From a virus, in the UHGV virus genome UHGV-2113617: DNA of 64,000 nucleotides. One strand, given 5' to 3'. The notes under the pieces were generated by a model. That model made no database searches, was not told where the DNA came from, and saw nothing but the letters and a program-made list of their open reading frames with translations. This document shows, one piece after another, positions 46,630-58,642 of the stretch (its first letter is position 1; each line of letters begins with the position of its first letter). The position numbers and the translations under genes are program-made.

Positions 46630-48340
46630 TAACCTCAACTGGTTTGTTGGCGTTGTTGAAGATAGAATGGACCCATTAAAATTAGGTCGTGTTCGTGTTC
46701 GTGTGGTTGGTCTGCATCCGCCTCAAAGAGCACAAGGCGATGTAATGGGTATTCCAACCGATAAATTGCCATGGATGTCAGTTATTCAACCGATAACTTC
46801 TGCAGCAATGTCTGGAATTGGAGGTTCTGTTACAGGGCCAGTAGAAGGAACTAGAGTATATGGTCATTTTTTAGACAAATGGAAAACTAACGGAATTGTC
46901 CTTGGCACTTATGGCGGAATAGTTCGCGAAAAACCTAATAGACTTGAAGGATTTTCTGACCCAACTGGACAGTATCCTAGACGTCTAGGAAATGATACTA
47001 ACGTATTAAACCAAGGCGGAGAAGTAGGATATGATTCGTCTTCTAATATTATCCAAGATAGCAATCTAGACACTGCAATAAATCCCGATGATAGACCGCT
47101 ATCAGAAATTCCAACTGATGATAATCCAAATATGTCAATGGCTGAAATGCTTCGCCGTGATGAAGGATTAAGACTAAAAGTTTATTGGGATACAGAAGGA
47201 TATCCGACAATTGGTATTGGTCATCTTATCATGAAGCAGCCAGTTCGTGATATGGCCCAAATTAATAAAGTTTTATCAAAACAAGTTGGTCGTGAAATTA
47301 CCGGAAATCCAGGTTCTATTACAATGGAAGAAGCGGTAACTTTATTTGAACGTGATTTAGCTGATATGCAACGTGACATTAAATCACATTCTAAAGTTGG
47401 CCCAGTTTGGAAAGCAGTTAATCGTTCTCGTCAAATGGCATTAGAAAATATGGCATTTCAGATGGGTGTTGGCGGTGTAGCTAAATTTAACACAATGTTA
47501 ACTGCTATGTTAGCCGGAGATTGGGAAAAAGCATATAAAGCCGGTCGTGATTCATTGTGGTATCAACAAACAAAAGGCCGTGCATCCCGTGTTACCATGA
47601 TTATTCTTACAGGGAATTTGGAATCATACGGTATTGAAGTTAAAACACCAGCTAGGTCTTTGTCAGCAATGGCTGCTACCGTAGCAAAGTCTTCTGATCC
47701 AGCTGACCCTCCTATTCCGAATGATTCGAGAATTTTATTCAAAGAACCTGTTTCTTCATATAAAGGTGAATATCCGTATGTTCACACAATGGAAACTGAA
47801 AGCGGTCATATTCAGGAATTTGATGATACCCCTGGACAAGAACGATACAGATTAGTTCATCCGACTGGAACGTATGAGGAAGTATCACCGTCAGGAAGAA
47901 GAACAAGAAAAACTGTTGATAATTTGTATGATATAACAAATGCTGATGGTAATTTTTTGGTAGCCGGTGATAAAAAGACTAACGTCGGTGGATCAGAAAT
48001 TTATTACAACATGGATAATCGTCTTCACCAAATAGATGGAAGCAACACAATATTTGTCCGTGGCGATGAAACTAAGACAGTTGAAGGTAATGGAACTATC
48101 CTAGTTAAAGGTAATGTTACTATTGTAGTTGAAGGTAATGCTGACATTACAGTTAAAGGGGATGCTACCACTTTGGTTGAAGGAAATCAGACTAATACAG
48201 TAAATGGAAATCTTTCTTGGAAAGTTGCTGGGACAGTTGATTGGGACGTTGGTGGTGATTGGACAGAAAAAATGGCATCTATGAGTTCTATTTCATCTGG
48301 TCAATACACAATTGATGGATCGAGGATTGACATTGGCTAA
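46613..48340 (+). CDS. 5: baseplate hub / tail lysozyme gp5
   Basis: 575 aa; N-terminal OB domain, central lysozyme domain (MAEMLRRDEGLRLKVYWDTEGYPTIGIGHLI, paralogous to e), C-terminal VxGxxxxx beta-helix repeats. Confidence 0.95.
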   Translation: MEMISNNLNWFVGVVEDRMDPLKLGRVRVRVVGLHPPQRAQGDVMGIPTDKLPWMSVIQPITSAAMSGIGGSVTGPVEGTRVYGHFLDKWKTNGIVLGTYGGIVREKPNRLEGFSDPTGQYPRRLGNDTNVLNQGGEVGYDSSSNIIQDSNLDTAINPDDRPLSEIPTDDNPNMSMAEMLRRDEGLRLKVYWDTEGYPTIGIGHLIMKQPVRDMAQINKVLSKQVGREITGNPGSITMEEAVTLFERDLADMQRDIKSHSKVGPVWKAVNRSRQMALENMAFQMGVGGVAKFNTMLTAMLAGDWEKAYKAGRDSLWYQQTKGRASRVTMIILTGNLESYGIEVKTPARSLSAMAATVAKSSDPADPPIPNDSRILFKEPVSSYKGEYPYVHTMETESGHIQEFDDTPGQERYRLVHPTGTYEEVSPSGRRTRKTVDNLYDITNADGNFLVAGDKKTNVGGSEIYYNMDNRLHQIDGSNTIFVRGDETKTVEGNGTILVKGNVTIVVEGNADITVKGDATTLVEGNQTNTVNGNLSWKVAGTVDWDVGGDWTEKMASMSSISSGQYTIDGSRIDIG

Positions 48341-48869
48341 TATACTTCCAATGAGCGCTGATTTAGGAGAATCCATGGAAGGTTCTTCTATCGACGTCAC
48401 CTTTACTGCTCAATTAGAAACAGGTGAAACGTTAGTATCTATAAATATAACTAGTTACGAAGAAACTCCTGGGGTTTTAGTAGAAGAAAATCGCTTATAC
48501 GGAACATATGAATCTGTGTTTGGATTTGGAAATGACGCGTTGAAATATCGTTTAGGCGATGAATTTAAAACTGCTGCTTCATGGGAAGAACTTCCTACTG
48601 ATTCTGATACTCAGTTGTATTTATGGAAAGCTCCTCAAAACCTCCAGAAGACATTCACTTACGAAGTAACATTAATATATGACTACCAAGAACAAAGTGA
48701 ATCTGGAGGTTCTGGCAGTAATTCTAGGTCATCTTCTGATACTACTGAACCGACAGATCCTCCTGCTCCAGTAAGAAAAACTCTCGTTAAAAATTATACT
48801 AAAACTATAGTTGGAAATTGGAGTCGTTGGGCTAATAAATTAAGAAGCTATGTGTATGAGAGGTCATAG
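48312..48869 (+). CDS. gp5.1-position protein
   Basis: 185 aa ORF between 5 and 5.4; Ser/Thr/Pro-rich C-terminal region. Confidence 0.6.
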   Translation: MMDRGLTLANILPMSADLGESMEGSSIDVTFTAQLETGETLVSINITSYEETPGVLVEENRLYGTYESVFGFGNDALKYRLGDEFKTAASWEELPTDSDTQLYLWKAPQNLQKTFTYEVTLIYDYQEQSESGGSGSNSRSSSDTTEPTDPPAPVRKTLVKNYTKTIVGNWSRWANKLRSYVYERS

Positions 48870-49163
48870 ATGTCAGGATTAAGTTATGATAAGTGTGTTA
48901 CTGCCGGCCATGAAGCATGGCCTCCAACAGTTGTGAATGCTACACAAAGTAAAGTATTCACTGGAGGAATTGCTGTTCTCATAGCAGGTGATCCAATTAC
49001 AGAACATACAGAAATTAAAAAGCCATATGAAACACATGGCGGAGTGACACAACCTAGAACTTCTAAGGTATATGTCACTGGAAAGAAAGCGGTTCAAATG
49101 GCTGATCCAATATCATGCGGTGATACTGTGGCTCAGGCATCATCTAAAGTATTCATTAAATAG
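48870..49163 (+). CDS. 5.4: PAAR-repeat spike tip protein gp5.4
   Basis: 97 aa, as T4 gp5.4; PAAR-like repeats ([18 protein letters not shown]). Confidence 0.85.
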   Translation: MSGLSYDKCVTAGHEAWPPTVVNATQSKVFTGGIAVLIAGDPITEHTEIKKPYETHGGVTQPRTSKVYVTGKKAVQMADPISCGDTVAQASSKVFIK

Positions 49164-49171
49164 GATTTAAA

Positions 49172-51154
49172 ATGGCAAATACCCCTGTAAATTATCAATT
49201 AACAAGAACAGCAAATGCTATTCCCGAGATATTCGTCGGGGGTACATTTGCTGAAATAAAACAAAACCTCATTGAATGGCTTAATGGCCAAAATGAATTT
49301 TTGGATTATGATTTTGAAGGCTCAAGATTAAACGTTCTGTGCGACCTTTTGGCTTATAATACGCTGTACATTCAACAGTTTGGTAATGCTGCTGTGTATG
49401 AAAGCTTTATGCGTACTGCTAACTTACGAAGTTCAGTTGTTCAAGCTGCACAAGATAACGGATATTTACCTACTTCAAAATCCGCTGCGCAGACCGAAAT
49501 TATGTTAACATGCACCGACGCATTGAATAGAAATTACATTACTATTCCTCGCGGTACTCGCTTTTTAGCATATGCAAAAGATACTTCCGTTAATCCTTAT
49601 AACTTTGTATCTACCGAAGATGTTATTGCTATTCGCGATAAAAATAACCAATATTTTCCGCGTTTAAAATTAGCCCAGGGACGTATAGTAAGAACTGAAA
49701 TCATTTATGATAAATTAACACCTATTATCATTTATGACAAAAATATAGATAGAAACCAAGTTAAGCTGTATGTTGATGGAGCAGAATGGATTAACTGGAC
49801 AAGAAAGTCAATGGTTCATGCTGGTTCTACATCAACAATTTACTACATGCGTGAAACTATTGATGGAAATACTGAATTTTATTTTGGTGAAGGTGAGATT
49901 TCCGTTAATGCGGCAGAAGGAGCATTGACCGCTAATTATATTGGAGGTCTTAAACCTACCCAGAACTCTACGATTGTTATTGAGTACATCAGTACTAACG
50001 GTGCAGATGCGAATGGCGCAGTCGGATTTTCATATGCAGATACATTAACAAATATAACTGTCATCAACATTAATGAAAATCCAAACGATGACCCAGATTT
50101 TGTTGGGGCAGATGGCGGCGGCGATCCAGAAGATATTGAACGTATTCGCGAATTGGGTACTATTAAACGCGAAACCCAGCAACGCTGCGTAACTGCGACT
50201 GACTATGATACATTCGTTTCAGAGAGATTTGGTTCTATTATTCAAGCAGTTCAGACGTTCACTGATTCTACTAAACCTGGTTATGCATTTATTGCTGCTA
50301 AACCTAAATCAGGACTATATTTAACTGCTGTACAGCGCGAAGATATTAAAAATTATCTCAAAGACTATAATTTAGCTCCTATTACACCATCAATTATTTC
50401 TCCTAATTACCTTTTTATTAAGACTAATTTAAAAGTCACATATGCTTTAAATAAGCTGCAAGAATCCGAACAGTGGCTCGAAGGTCAAATAATTGATAAA
50501 ATTGATCGTTATTATACCGAAGATGTAGAAATTTTTAACTCATCTTTCGCTAAATCTAAGATGTTGACATATGTAGATGATGCAGATCATTCTATCATTG
50601 GCTCATCAGCGACAATTCAAATTGTTCGTGAAGTACAAAACTTCTATAAAACGCCTGAAGCAGGTATTAAATACAATAATCAAATAAAAGAACGTTCTAT
50701 GGAATCTAATACGTTTTCATTTAATTCTGGACGAAAGGTTGTAAATCCTGATACTGGTTTAGAAGAAGATGTATTATATGACGTTCGCATAGTATCAACA
50801 GACCGAAATTCTAAAGGAATTGGTAAAGTTATTATTGGTCCATTTGCTTCTGGCGATGTTACAGAAAATAAAAACATTCGTCCATACACGGGCAACGATT
50901 TTAATAAATTAGCAAATTCTAGTGGACGCGACAAATACTATGTTATCGGTGAAATAAATTATCCAGCTGATATGATTTATTGGAATATCGCTAAAATTAA
51001 TTTAACATCCGATAAATTTGAGGTTCAGACTATTGAACTATATTCTGACCCAATAGACGATGTTATTTTCACACGTGATGGTTCACTGATTGTATTTGAA
51101 AATGATTTACGCCCGCAATACTTAACTATCGATTTGGAGCCTATATCACAATGA
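49172..51154 (+). CDS. 6: baseplate wedge protein gp6
   Basis: 660 aa, T4 gp6 length and position. Confidence 0.9.
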   Translation: MANTPVNYQLTRTANAIPEIFVGGTFAEIKQNLIEWLNGQNEFLDYDFEGSRLNVLCDLLAYNTLYIQQFGNAAVYESFMRTANLRSSVVQAAQDNGYLPTSKSAAQTEIMLTCTDALNRNYITIPRGTRFLAYAKDTSVNPYNFVSTEDVIAIRDKNNQYFPRLKLAQGRIVRTEIIYDKLTPIIIYDKNIDRNQVKLYVDGAEWINWTRKSMVHAGSTSTIYYMRETIDGNTEFYFGEGEISVNAAEGALTANYIGGLKPTQNSTIVIEYISTNGADANGAVGFSYADTLTNITVININENPNDDPDFVGADGGGDPEDIERIRELGTIKRETQQRCVTATDYDTFVSERFGSIIQAVQTFTDSTKPGYAFIAAKPKSGLYLTAVQREDIKNYLKDYNLAPITPSIISPNYLFIKTNLKVTYALNKLQESEQWLEGQIIDKIDRYYTEDVEIFNSSFAKSKMLTYVDDADHSIIGSSATIQIVREVQNFYKTPEAGIKYNNQIKERSMESNTFSFNSGRKVVNPDTGLEEDVLYDVRIVSTDRNSKGIGKVIIGPFASGDVTENKNIRPYTGNDFNKLANSSGRDKYYVIGEINYPADMIYWNIAKINLTSDKFEVQTIELYSDPIDDVIFTRDGSLIVFENDLRPQYLTIDLEPISQ

Positions 51155-54100
51155 CAGTAAAAGCACCTTCAGTCACTAGTCTCAGAATTTCCAAGTTATC
51201 CGCAAATCAGGTGCAAGTACGCTGGGATGACGTTGGTGCTGATTTCTACAAAATAGTAGAAATCGCTGAGACAAAAACAAACTCGGGGGAAAATCTCCCG
51301 AGCAATCAATACCGATGGATTAACTTAGGATATACTGCAAATAACAGCTTCTTTTTTGATAATGCTAATCCATTGACATCGTACATTATTAGAGTAGCTA
51401 CAGCTGCACAGGATTTTGAGCAGTCTGATTGGATTTATACCGAAGAGTTTGAAACTTTTGCTACAAACGCTTATACATTTCAAAACATGATTGAAATGCA
51501 ATTAGCTAATAAATTCATTCAGGAAAAATTTACTCTTAATAATTCTGACTATGTTAATTTTAATAATGATACTATAATGGCTGCATTGATGAATGAATCA
51601 TTCCAATTCAGCCCATCATATGCTGATGTTTCATCAATAAGTAATTTTATTATTGGTGAAAATGAGTATCATGAAATACAAGGTTCTATTCAGCAAGTAT
51701 GTAAGGATATTAATCGAGTTTATTTGATGGAATCAGAAGGGATTCTATATCTTTTTGAGCGTTATCAACCTGTAGTTAAAGTATCCAATGATAAAGGTCA
51801 AACCTGGAAAGCTGTAAAGCTCTTCAATGACCGTGTAGGATATCCTTTATCTAAGACTGTATATTACCAATCTGCGAGCGCAACATACGTTCTAGGATAC
51901 GACAAGATTTTCTATGGCCGCAAATCTACTGATGTTAGATGGTCAGCTGATGATGTCAGATTTAGTTCGCAGGACATAACATTCGCTAAACTTGGTGATC
52001 AACTTCATTTGGGATTTGATGTTGAAATCTTTGGTACTTATGCTACATTACCTGCAAACGTGTATCGTATAGCTGAAGCTATTACTTGCACCGATGATTA
52101 CATTTACGTTGTCGCCAGAGACAAAGTTAGATACATAAAAACGAGTAATGCACCTATAGATTCTGATCCATTATCTCCAACATATTCGGAAAGGCTATTT
52201 GAACCTGATACAATGACTATAACTGGAAATCCTAAAGCAGTATGCTATAAAATGGATTCTATTGGTGATAAAGTTTTTGCTCTTATTATCGGTGAAGTTG
52301 AAACATTAAATGCTAATCCTAGAACGTCAAAAATAATTGATTCTACTGATAAAGGAATATATGTTTTAAATCATGACACAAAAACGTGGAAAAGAGTTTT
52401 TGGCAACACTGAAGAAGAAAGAAGACGTATTCAACCTGGGTATGCGAATATGTCAACTGATGGTAAATTAGTTTCTCTATCTTCGAGTAATTTTAAATTT
52501 TTAAATGATAACGTTGTTAATGACCCTGAAACTGTAGCAAAATATCAGTTAATCGGTGCCGTTAAATATGAATTTCCTCGTGAATGGTTAGCTGATAAGC
52601 ATTATCATATGATGGCATTTATAGCAGATGAAAAGTCTGATTGGGAAACTTTTACGCCTCAGCCAATGAAATACTATGCAGAACCATTCTTTAACTGGTC
52701 TAAAAAGTCTAATACACGGTGCTGGATAAACAACTCTAATAGGGCTGTGGTAGTTTATGCAGATTTAAAATATACTAAAGTTATTGAAAATTTTCCAGAA
52801 ACATCGCCAGATAGATTAGTTCATGAATACTGGGATGACGGCGATTGCACTATAGTAATGCCAAACGTTAAATTCACGGGATTTAAAAAATATGCGTCTG
52901 GGATGCTTTTTTATAAATCCTCTGGTGAAATAATTTCTTATTATGATTTTAACTATCGAGTGAGAGACACGGTTGAAATAATTTGGAAGCCAACTGGAAT
53001 ATTTTTAAAAGCATTTTTACAAAACCAAGAGCATGAGACTCCTTGGTCACCAGAAGAAGAGCACGGATTAGCTGACCCTGATTTAAGACCATTGATTGGC
53101 ACAATGATGCCTGATTCTTATTTACTACAAGATTCGAATTTTGAGGCATTTTGCGAAGCATATATTCAATATCTTTCTGATGGATATGGAACTCAGTATA
53201 ACAATTTACGAAATTTAATTCGTAACAAATATCCACGAGAAGAGCATGCATGGGAATATTTGTGGTCAGAGATATATAAAAGAAACATTTATTTAAATGC
53301 TGACAAACGTGATGCTGTTGCAAGATTTTTTGAATCACGTAGCTATGATTTTTATTCTACTAAAGGAATTGAAGCATCATACAAATTTCTTTTTAAAGTT
53401 CTTTATAATGAAGAAGTTGAAATTGAAATTGAATCTGGTGCTGGTACTGAATACGATATAATCGTTCAATCTGATTCTTTAACTGAAGATTTGGTAGGAC
53501 AAACGATTTATACAGCCACAGGAAGATGTAATGTTACTTATATAGAAAGAAGTTATTCTAATGGTAAATTGCAATGGACCGTAACTATTCATAATCTTTT
53601 GGGAAGATTAATTGCTGGTCAAGAAGTTAAAGCAGAAAGACTTCCGAGTTTTGAAGGCGAAATTATTCGTGGTGTTAAAGGAAAGGATTTGCTTCAAAAT
53701 AATATAGACTATATTAATAGAAGCCGATCATATTATGTAATGAAAATTAAATCCAATTTACCTTCTTCTCGCTGGAAATCTGACGTTATTCGTTTTGTTC
53801 ATCCAGTAGGATTTGGATTTATAGCAATTACCCTTTTAACGATGTTTATTAATGTTGGTTTAACTCTTAAACACACAGAGACTATAATTAATAAATACAA
53901 AAACTACAAATGGGATTCTGGATTGCCTACTGAATATGCTGATAGAGTAGCTAAATTAACTCCAACTGGCGAAATTGAACATGATTCAGTGACAGGAGAA
54001 GCAATTTATGAACCTGGCCCAATGGCTGGTGTAAAATATCCTCTTCCTGATGACTATAATGCTGAAAATAGTAATTCAATATTTCAAGGTCAATTGCCTT

Positions 54101-54249
54101 CTGAACGACGCAAGTTAATGAGTCCTCTATTTGACGCATCTGGAACAACATTTGCACAGTTTAGGGATTTAGTTAATAAACGTCTAAAAGATAATATAGG
54201 AAATCCAAGAGACCCTGAAAATCCAACACAGGTTAAAATAGATGAATGA
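51151..54249 (+). CDS. 7: baseplate wedge initiator gp7
   Basis: 1032 aa, T4 gp7 length; start overlaps gene 6 stop. Confidence 0.9.
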   Translation: MTVKAPSVTSLRISKLSANQVQVRWDDVGADFYKIVEIAETKTNSGENLPSNQYRWINLGYTANNSFFFDNANPLTSYIIRVATAAQDFEQSDWIYTEEFETFATNAYTFQNMIEMQLANKFIQEKFTLNNSDYVNFNNDTIMAALMNESFQFSPSYADVSSISNFIIGENEYHEIQGSIQQVCKDINRVYLMESEGILYLFERYQPVVKVSNDKGQTWKAVKLFNDRVGYPLSKTVYYQSASATYVLGYDKIFYGRKSTDVRWSADDVRFSSQDITFAKLGDQLHLGFDVEIFGTYATLPANVYRIAEAITCTDDYIYVVARDKVRYIKTSNAPIDSDPLSPTYSERLFEPDTMTITGNPKAVCYKMDSIGDKVFALIIGEVETLNANPRTSKIIDSTDKGIYVLNHDTKTWKRVFGNTEEERRRIQPGYANMSTDGKLVSLSSSNFKFLNDNVVNDPETVAKYQLIGAVKYEFPREWLADKHYHMMAFIADEKSDWETFTPQPMKYYAEPFFNWSKKSNTRCWINNSNRAVVVYADLKYTKVIENFPETSPDRLVHEYWDDGDCTIVMPNVKFTGFKKYASGMLFYKSSGEIISYYDFNYRVRDTVEIIWKPTGIFLKAFLQNQEHETPWSPEEEHGLADPDLRPLIGTMMPDSYLLQDSNFEAFCEAYIQYLSDGYGTQYNNLRNLIRNKYPREEHAWEYLWSEIYKRNIYLNADKRDAVARFFESRSYDFYSTKGIEASYKFLFKVLYNEEVEIEIESGAGTEYDIIVQSDSLTEDLVGQTIYTATGRCNVTYIERSYSNGKLQWTVTIHNLLGRLIAGQEVKAERLPSFEGEIIRGVKGKDLLQNNIDYINRSRSYYVMKIKSNLPSSRWKSDVIRFVHPVGFGFIAITLLTMFINVGLTLKHTETIINKYKNYKWDSGLPTEYADRVAKLTPTGEIEHDSVTGEAIYEPGPMAGVKYPLPDDYNAENSNSIFQGQLPSERRKLMSPLFDASGTTFAQFRDLVNKRLKDNIGNPRDPENPTQVKIDE

Positions 54250-55246
54250 TTCAAGTGTTATCTATCGTGCGATAGTTACTTCAAAATTTAGAACAGAAAA
54301 AATGTTGAATTTTTATAATTCAATTGGGAGTGGTCCGGATAAAAACACTATCTTTATCACATTTGGAAGATCAGAACCGTGGTCATCAAATGAAAATGAG
54401 GTGGGCTTTGCTCCACCTTATCCAACTGATTCTGTATTGGGTGTAACTGACATGTGGACTCATATGATGGGAACCGTAAAGGTTCTTCCATCTATGCTTG
54501 ATGCGGTTATTCCTCGTAGAGATTGGGGAGATACTAGATATCCGGATCCATACACATTTAGAATTAACGATATTGTAGTATGTAACTCAGCTCCTTACAA
54601 TGCTACTGAATCAGGCGCAGGATGGCTAGTATATCGTTGTTTAGATGTTCCTGACACAGGAACATGCTCAATAGCATCTTTGACTGACAAGGATGAATGT
54701 ATTAAGTTAGGTGGAAAATGGACTCCTTCTGTTAGGTCAATGACTCCTCCTGAAGGTCGAGGAGACGCGGAAGGAACAATCGAACCTGGAGACGGATATG
54801 TTTGGGAATATCTTTTTGAGATTCCGCCTGATGTATCTATAAATAGATGCACAAATGAATATATCGTAGTTCCTTGGCCTGAGGAATTAAAAGAAGACCC
54901 AACTAGATGGGGGTATGAAGATAATCTCACTTGGCAACAAGATGATTTTGGATTAATTTACCGTGTTAAGGCAAATACTATCCGTTTTAAAGCATATTTA
55001 GATTCAGTTTATTTTCCTGATGCTGCATTACCGGGAAATAAAGGATTTAGACAAATATCAATAATCACCAATCCTCTTGAAGCTAAAGTTCATCCAAATG
55101 ACCCAAACGTTAAAGCTGAAAAGGATTATTATGATCCGGAAGATTTAATGAGGCATTCGGGCGAAATGATTTATATGGAAAATAGGCCACCTATTATCAT
55201 GGCAATGGATCAAACAGAAGAAATCAATATTCTGTTTACATTTTAA
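54242..55246 (+). CDS. 8: baseplate wedge protein gp8
   Basis: 334 aa, T4 gp8 length; followed by terminator. Confidence 0.9.
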   Translation: MNDSSVIYRAIVTSKFRTEKMLNFYNSIGSGPDKNTIFITFGRSEPWSSNENEVGFAPPYPTDSVLGVTDMWTHMMGTVKVLPSMLDAVIPRRDWGDTRYPDPYTFRINDIVVCNSAPYNATESGAGWLVYRCLDVPDTGTCSIASLTDKDECIKLGGKWTPSVRSMTPPEGRGDAEGTIEPGDGYVWEYLFEIPPDVSINRCTNEYIVVPWPEELKEDPTRWGYEDNLTWQQDDFGLIYRVKANTIRFKAYLDSVYFPDAALPGNKGFRQISIITNPLEAKVHPNDPNVKAEKDYYDPEDLMRHSGEMIYMENRPPIIMAMDQTEEINILFTF

Positions 55247-55250
55247 ATTA

Positions 55251-55277
55251 AGGGAGCCCATAGGCTCCCTTTTTTTC
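55251..55277 (+). terminator. rho-independent terminator after gene 8
   Basis: AGGGAGCC cata GGCTCCCT 8-bp stem followed by TTTTTTT. Confidence 0.8.
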
Positions 55278-55279
55278 TT

Positions 55280-55287
55280 TATAAATA
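55280..55287 (+). promoter_or_regulatory. late promoter (TATAAATA) for gene 9
   Basis: Exact TATAAATA 24 nt upstream of the gene 9 ATG, just after the terminator. Confidence 0.7.
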
Positions 55288-55311
55288 CTATAAACTCATA
55301 AGGAAACCGCT

Positions 55312-56178
55312 ATGTTCATTCAAGAACCAAAGAAATTGATTGATACCGGCGAAATTGGTAACGCTTCTACTGGTGATATCTTATTCGACGGTGGTAATAA
55401 AATTAATAGTGATTTTAACGCAATTTATAATGCGTTTGGCGATCAGCGCAAAATGGCAGTAGCAAATGGCACTGGAGCAAATGGCCAAATTATCCATGCT
55501 ACTGGATATTATCAAAAGCACTCTATAGCAGAGTACGCAACTCCAGTAAAAGTTGGCACTAGACATGATATTGATACCTCTACTGTAGGTGTTAAAGTTA
55601 TCATTGAAAAAGGCGAACTTGGCGACTGTGTTGAATTTATTAACTCAAATGGATCAATATCAGTTACTAATCCTTTAACAATTCAGGCTATTGATTCAAT
55701 CAAAGGCGTTTCGGGTAATTTGGTAGTAACTAGCCCATATAGTAAAGTTACTTTACGATGTATTTCATCTGATAATTCTACATCTGTTTGGAATTATTCT
55801 ATTGAAAGTATGTTTGGACAAAAGGAATCACCAGCTGAAGGTACATGGAATATTTCTACATCTGGATCAGTTGACATTCCACTATTTCACCGTACTGAAT
55901 ATAACATGGCTAAATTGTTAGTTACGTGCCAATCGATAGATGGAAGAAAAATTAAAACAGCAGAAATAAATATTCTTGTGGATAATGTTAATTCAGAGGT
56001 CATTTCTTCTGAATATGCTGTCATGCGAGTTGGGAATGAAACTGAAGAAGACGAAATCGCTAATATTGCATTTAGTATTAAAACAAATTATGTAACAGCG
56101 ACTATAAGTTCTTCAACTGTCGGTATGAGAGCAGCAGTTAAAGTTATCGCTACGCAGAAAATCGGGGTGGCTCAATAA
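55312..56178 (+). CDS. 9: baseplate wedge / long tail fiber socket gp9
   Basis: 288 aa, T4 gp9 length. Confidence 0.9.
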   Translation: MFIQEPKKLIDTGEIGNASTGDILFDGGNKINSDFNAIYNAFGDQRKMAVANGTGANGQIIHATGYYQKHSIAEYATPVKVGTRHDIDTSTVGVKVIIEKGELGDCVEFINSNGSISVTNPLTIQAIDSIKGVSGNLVVTSPYSKVTLRCISSDNSTSVWNYSIESMFGQKESPAEGTWNISTSGSVDIPLFHRTEYNMAKLLVTCQSIDGRKIKTAEINILVDNVNSEVISSEYAVMRVGNETEEDEIANIAFSIKTNYVTATISSSTVGMRAAVKVIATQKIGVAQ

Positions 56179-57983
56179 TGAAACAAAATATTAATATCGG
56201 TAATGTTGTTGATGATGGTACCGGTGACTACCTGCGTAAAGGTGGTATAAAAATAAATGAAAACTTTGATGAACTTTATTATGAACTTGGCGATGGAGAT
56301 GTTCCATATTCAGCCGGTGCCTGGAAAACTTATAATGCTTCATCCGGTCAAACATTAAAAGCTAAGTGGGGAAAATCATACGCTATTAATACCTCTTCTG
56401 GAAGAGTAACTTTACAACTTCCTAAAGGAACTGTTAATGATTATAATAAAGTAATTAGAGCTAGGGATGTATTTGCAACATGGAACATTAATCCAGTTAC
56501 TTTAGTAGCTGCTTCTGGGGATACAATTAAAGGGTCGTCATCGTCAGTTGAAATTAATATTCAATTTAGTGATTTAGAGCTCGTTTATTGCGCTCCAGGA
56601 CGTTGGGAGTATGTCAAAAACAAACAAATTGATAAAATTATTAGTTCAGATATTAGTAATGTAGCTCGCAAAGAATTTTTAGTAGAAGTTCAAGGACAAA
56701 CTGACTTTTTAGATGTTTTCCATGGAACTAGTTATAATGTCAATAACATCAGAGTAAAACACCGCGGTAACGAATTATATTACGGCGATGTATTTAGTGA
56801 AAACAGTGACTTTGGCTCTCCGGGGGAAAATGAAGGAGAATTAATTCCTCTTGATGGATTTAATATTAGGTTAAGACAGCCTTGTAATATTGGCGACACT
56901 GTTCAAATTGAAACGTTTATGGATGGTGTATCACAATGGAGAAGTTCATATACAAGACGCCAAATAAAAGTGCTAGATTCAAAACTAACATCAAAGACTT
57001 CTTTAGAAGGAAGCATTTATGTTACTGATTTATCGGCGATGAAATCAATTCCATTTTCAGCTTTTGGATTAATTCCTGGCGAACCCATTAATCCTAATTC
57101 TCTTGAGGTTCGTTTTAATGGAATTTTACAGCAACAGGCTGGAACAGCTGGGTATCCTCTGTTTTTGTGCGAAGGCGCTAATTCAGATACGCAAGAAGGA
57201 TGTATATCTCTTGGTGGCGAATGGAAAGAATCAAACACAGATTATTCTATAGAATATGAAGATGGAAAACCTACCAGTCTTTTATTTGATAGAAAATTTG
57301 AATCAGGCGATATAATCGTTATAACGTGGTTCAATAATGATTTAGGAACTCTTTTAGAAAAAGATGACATCATTGAATTAACGGATGACCGTTATGTTAG
57401 TAAAGGATCATCTACCGAAGTTACTGGTGATGTAGCCTTAACAGATTTTGATAAAATCGGTTGGCCAAATGTTGAAAAAGTTGATTCTTATACTAGAACG
57501 TATAATTCAATATCATCTATTTTCGATAGCATTTATCCTGTAGGTTCAATTTATGAAAATGCTATAAATCCAAATAATCCGGTGACTTATATGGGATTTG
57601 GTTCATGGAAATTATTTGGTAAAGGACAAGTTTTAGTAGGATGGAATGATGATGTTACGGATCCAAACTTTGCTTTAAACAATAATGATTTAGATTCTAG
57701 CGGAAATCCTTCACATACTGCCGGTGGAACAGTTGGAACAACATCGGTGACACTTGAGAACGCAAATCTTCCTGCGACTAAAACTGATGAAAAAGTTTTA
57801 ATTGAAGATGAAAACGGATCAGTTATTATTGGAGGTTGTCAATATGACCCAGACGAAACTGGTCCTATATATACAAAATATCGTGAAGACTACGCAACAA
57901 CAAACTCTTCACATACTCCTCCTACTAATATTAGTAATATTCAACCGTCTATTACTGTATACCGTTGGATAAGGATTGCATAA
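56178..57983 (+). CDS. 10: baseplate wedge protein gp10
   Basis: 601 aa (T4 gp10 ~602); stop overlaps gene 11 start (TAATG). Confidence 0.9.
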   Translation: MKQNINIGNVVDDGTGDYLRKGGIKINENFDELYYELGDGDVPYSAGAWKTYNASSGQTLKAKWGKSYAINTSSGRVTLQLPKGTVNDYNKVIRARDVFATWNINPVTLVAASGDTIKGSSSSVEINIQFSDLELVYCAPGRWEYVKNKQIDKIISSDISNVARKEFLVEVQGQTDFLDVFHGTSYNVNNIRVKHRGNELYYGDVFSENSDFGSPGENEGELIPLDGFNIRLRQPCNIGDTVQIETFMDGVSQWRSSYTRRQIKVLDSKLTSKTSLEGSIYVTDLSAMKSIPFSAFGLIPGEPINPNSLEVRFNGILQQQAGTAGYPLFLCEGANSDTQEGCISLGGEWKESNTDYSIEYEDGKPTSLLFDRKFESGDIIVITWFNNDLGTLLEKDDIIELTDDRYVSKGSSTEVTGDVALTDFDKIGWPNVEKVDSYTRTYNSISSIFDSIYPVGSIYENAINPNNPVTYMGFGSWKLFGKGQVLVGWNDDVTDPNFALNNNDLDSSGNPSHTAGGTVGTTSVTLENANLPATKTDEKVLIEDENGSVIIGGCQYDPDETGPIYTKYREDYATTNSSHTPPTNISNIQPSITVYRWIRIA

Positions 57984-58642
57984 TGAGTTTACTTAATAAT
58001 AAAGCGGGAGTTATTTCCCGCTTAGCAGATTTTCTTGGTTTTAGAACTAAGAAAAATGATATTTCGGTTATGAATAATCAGCCAGTAGGCGCTGTAACAA
58101 TTTCACAAATAGCAAAAGGTTTTTATGACCCGAATGTAGAATCTGCTATCAATGATGTTAGAAATATGGCAGAGCAACCGGTTGGAGCTGTATTAGTTAA
58201 TATAAGCGGCGTATCTCCTACTGGCGTGCAACAAACCGACTATTGGTCATTTGAAGGAACTGTTACTGATACTTCAGTCAAATCAGGTGACCCAGTTATT
58301 GTTAACATGTTTGGTATTCCAGTTAAAGCTACTAATGGAATGACTTCAATTGAATTTACTAGTGCCGTTAGAATAGCTCTACAGGAAATGGTTGTAAAAT
58401 TTATTGCAATTGATTCATTTGAAGGCCATCCTACCATAGGAAATAAAATACAAGTTAAGTATTTAGATAACCAAGAACATATCTTAGAACAATACTCTGA
58501 TAAAGGAATTACTTTCAAACAGGAAATAATTTCTCCTTCTAAACCTGGGTATGGAACTTGGCAATTATTAGGTGCGCAAACTGTTACGCTAGATAGTCAC
58601 ACACAACCTACAGTATTTTATTATTTTGAGAGAGTAGCATGA
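57983..58642 (+). CDS. 11: baseplate wedge / short tail fiber connector gp11
   Basis: From ATG 57983 reads [20 protein letters not shown], 219 aa as T4 gp11; the track's upstream extension is rejected. Confidence 0.9.
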   Translation: MSLLNNKAGVISRLADFLGFRTKKNDISVMNNQPVGAVTISQIAKGFYDPNVESAINDVRNMAEQPVGAVLVNISGVSPTGVQQTDYWSFEGTVTDTSVKSGDPVIVNMFGIPVKATNGMTSIEFTSAVRIALQEMVVKFIAIDSFEGHPTIGNKIQVKYLDNQEHILEQYSDKGITFKQEIISPSKPGYGTWQLLGAQTVTLDSHTQPTVFYYFERVA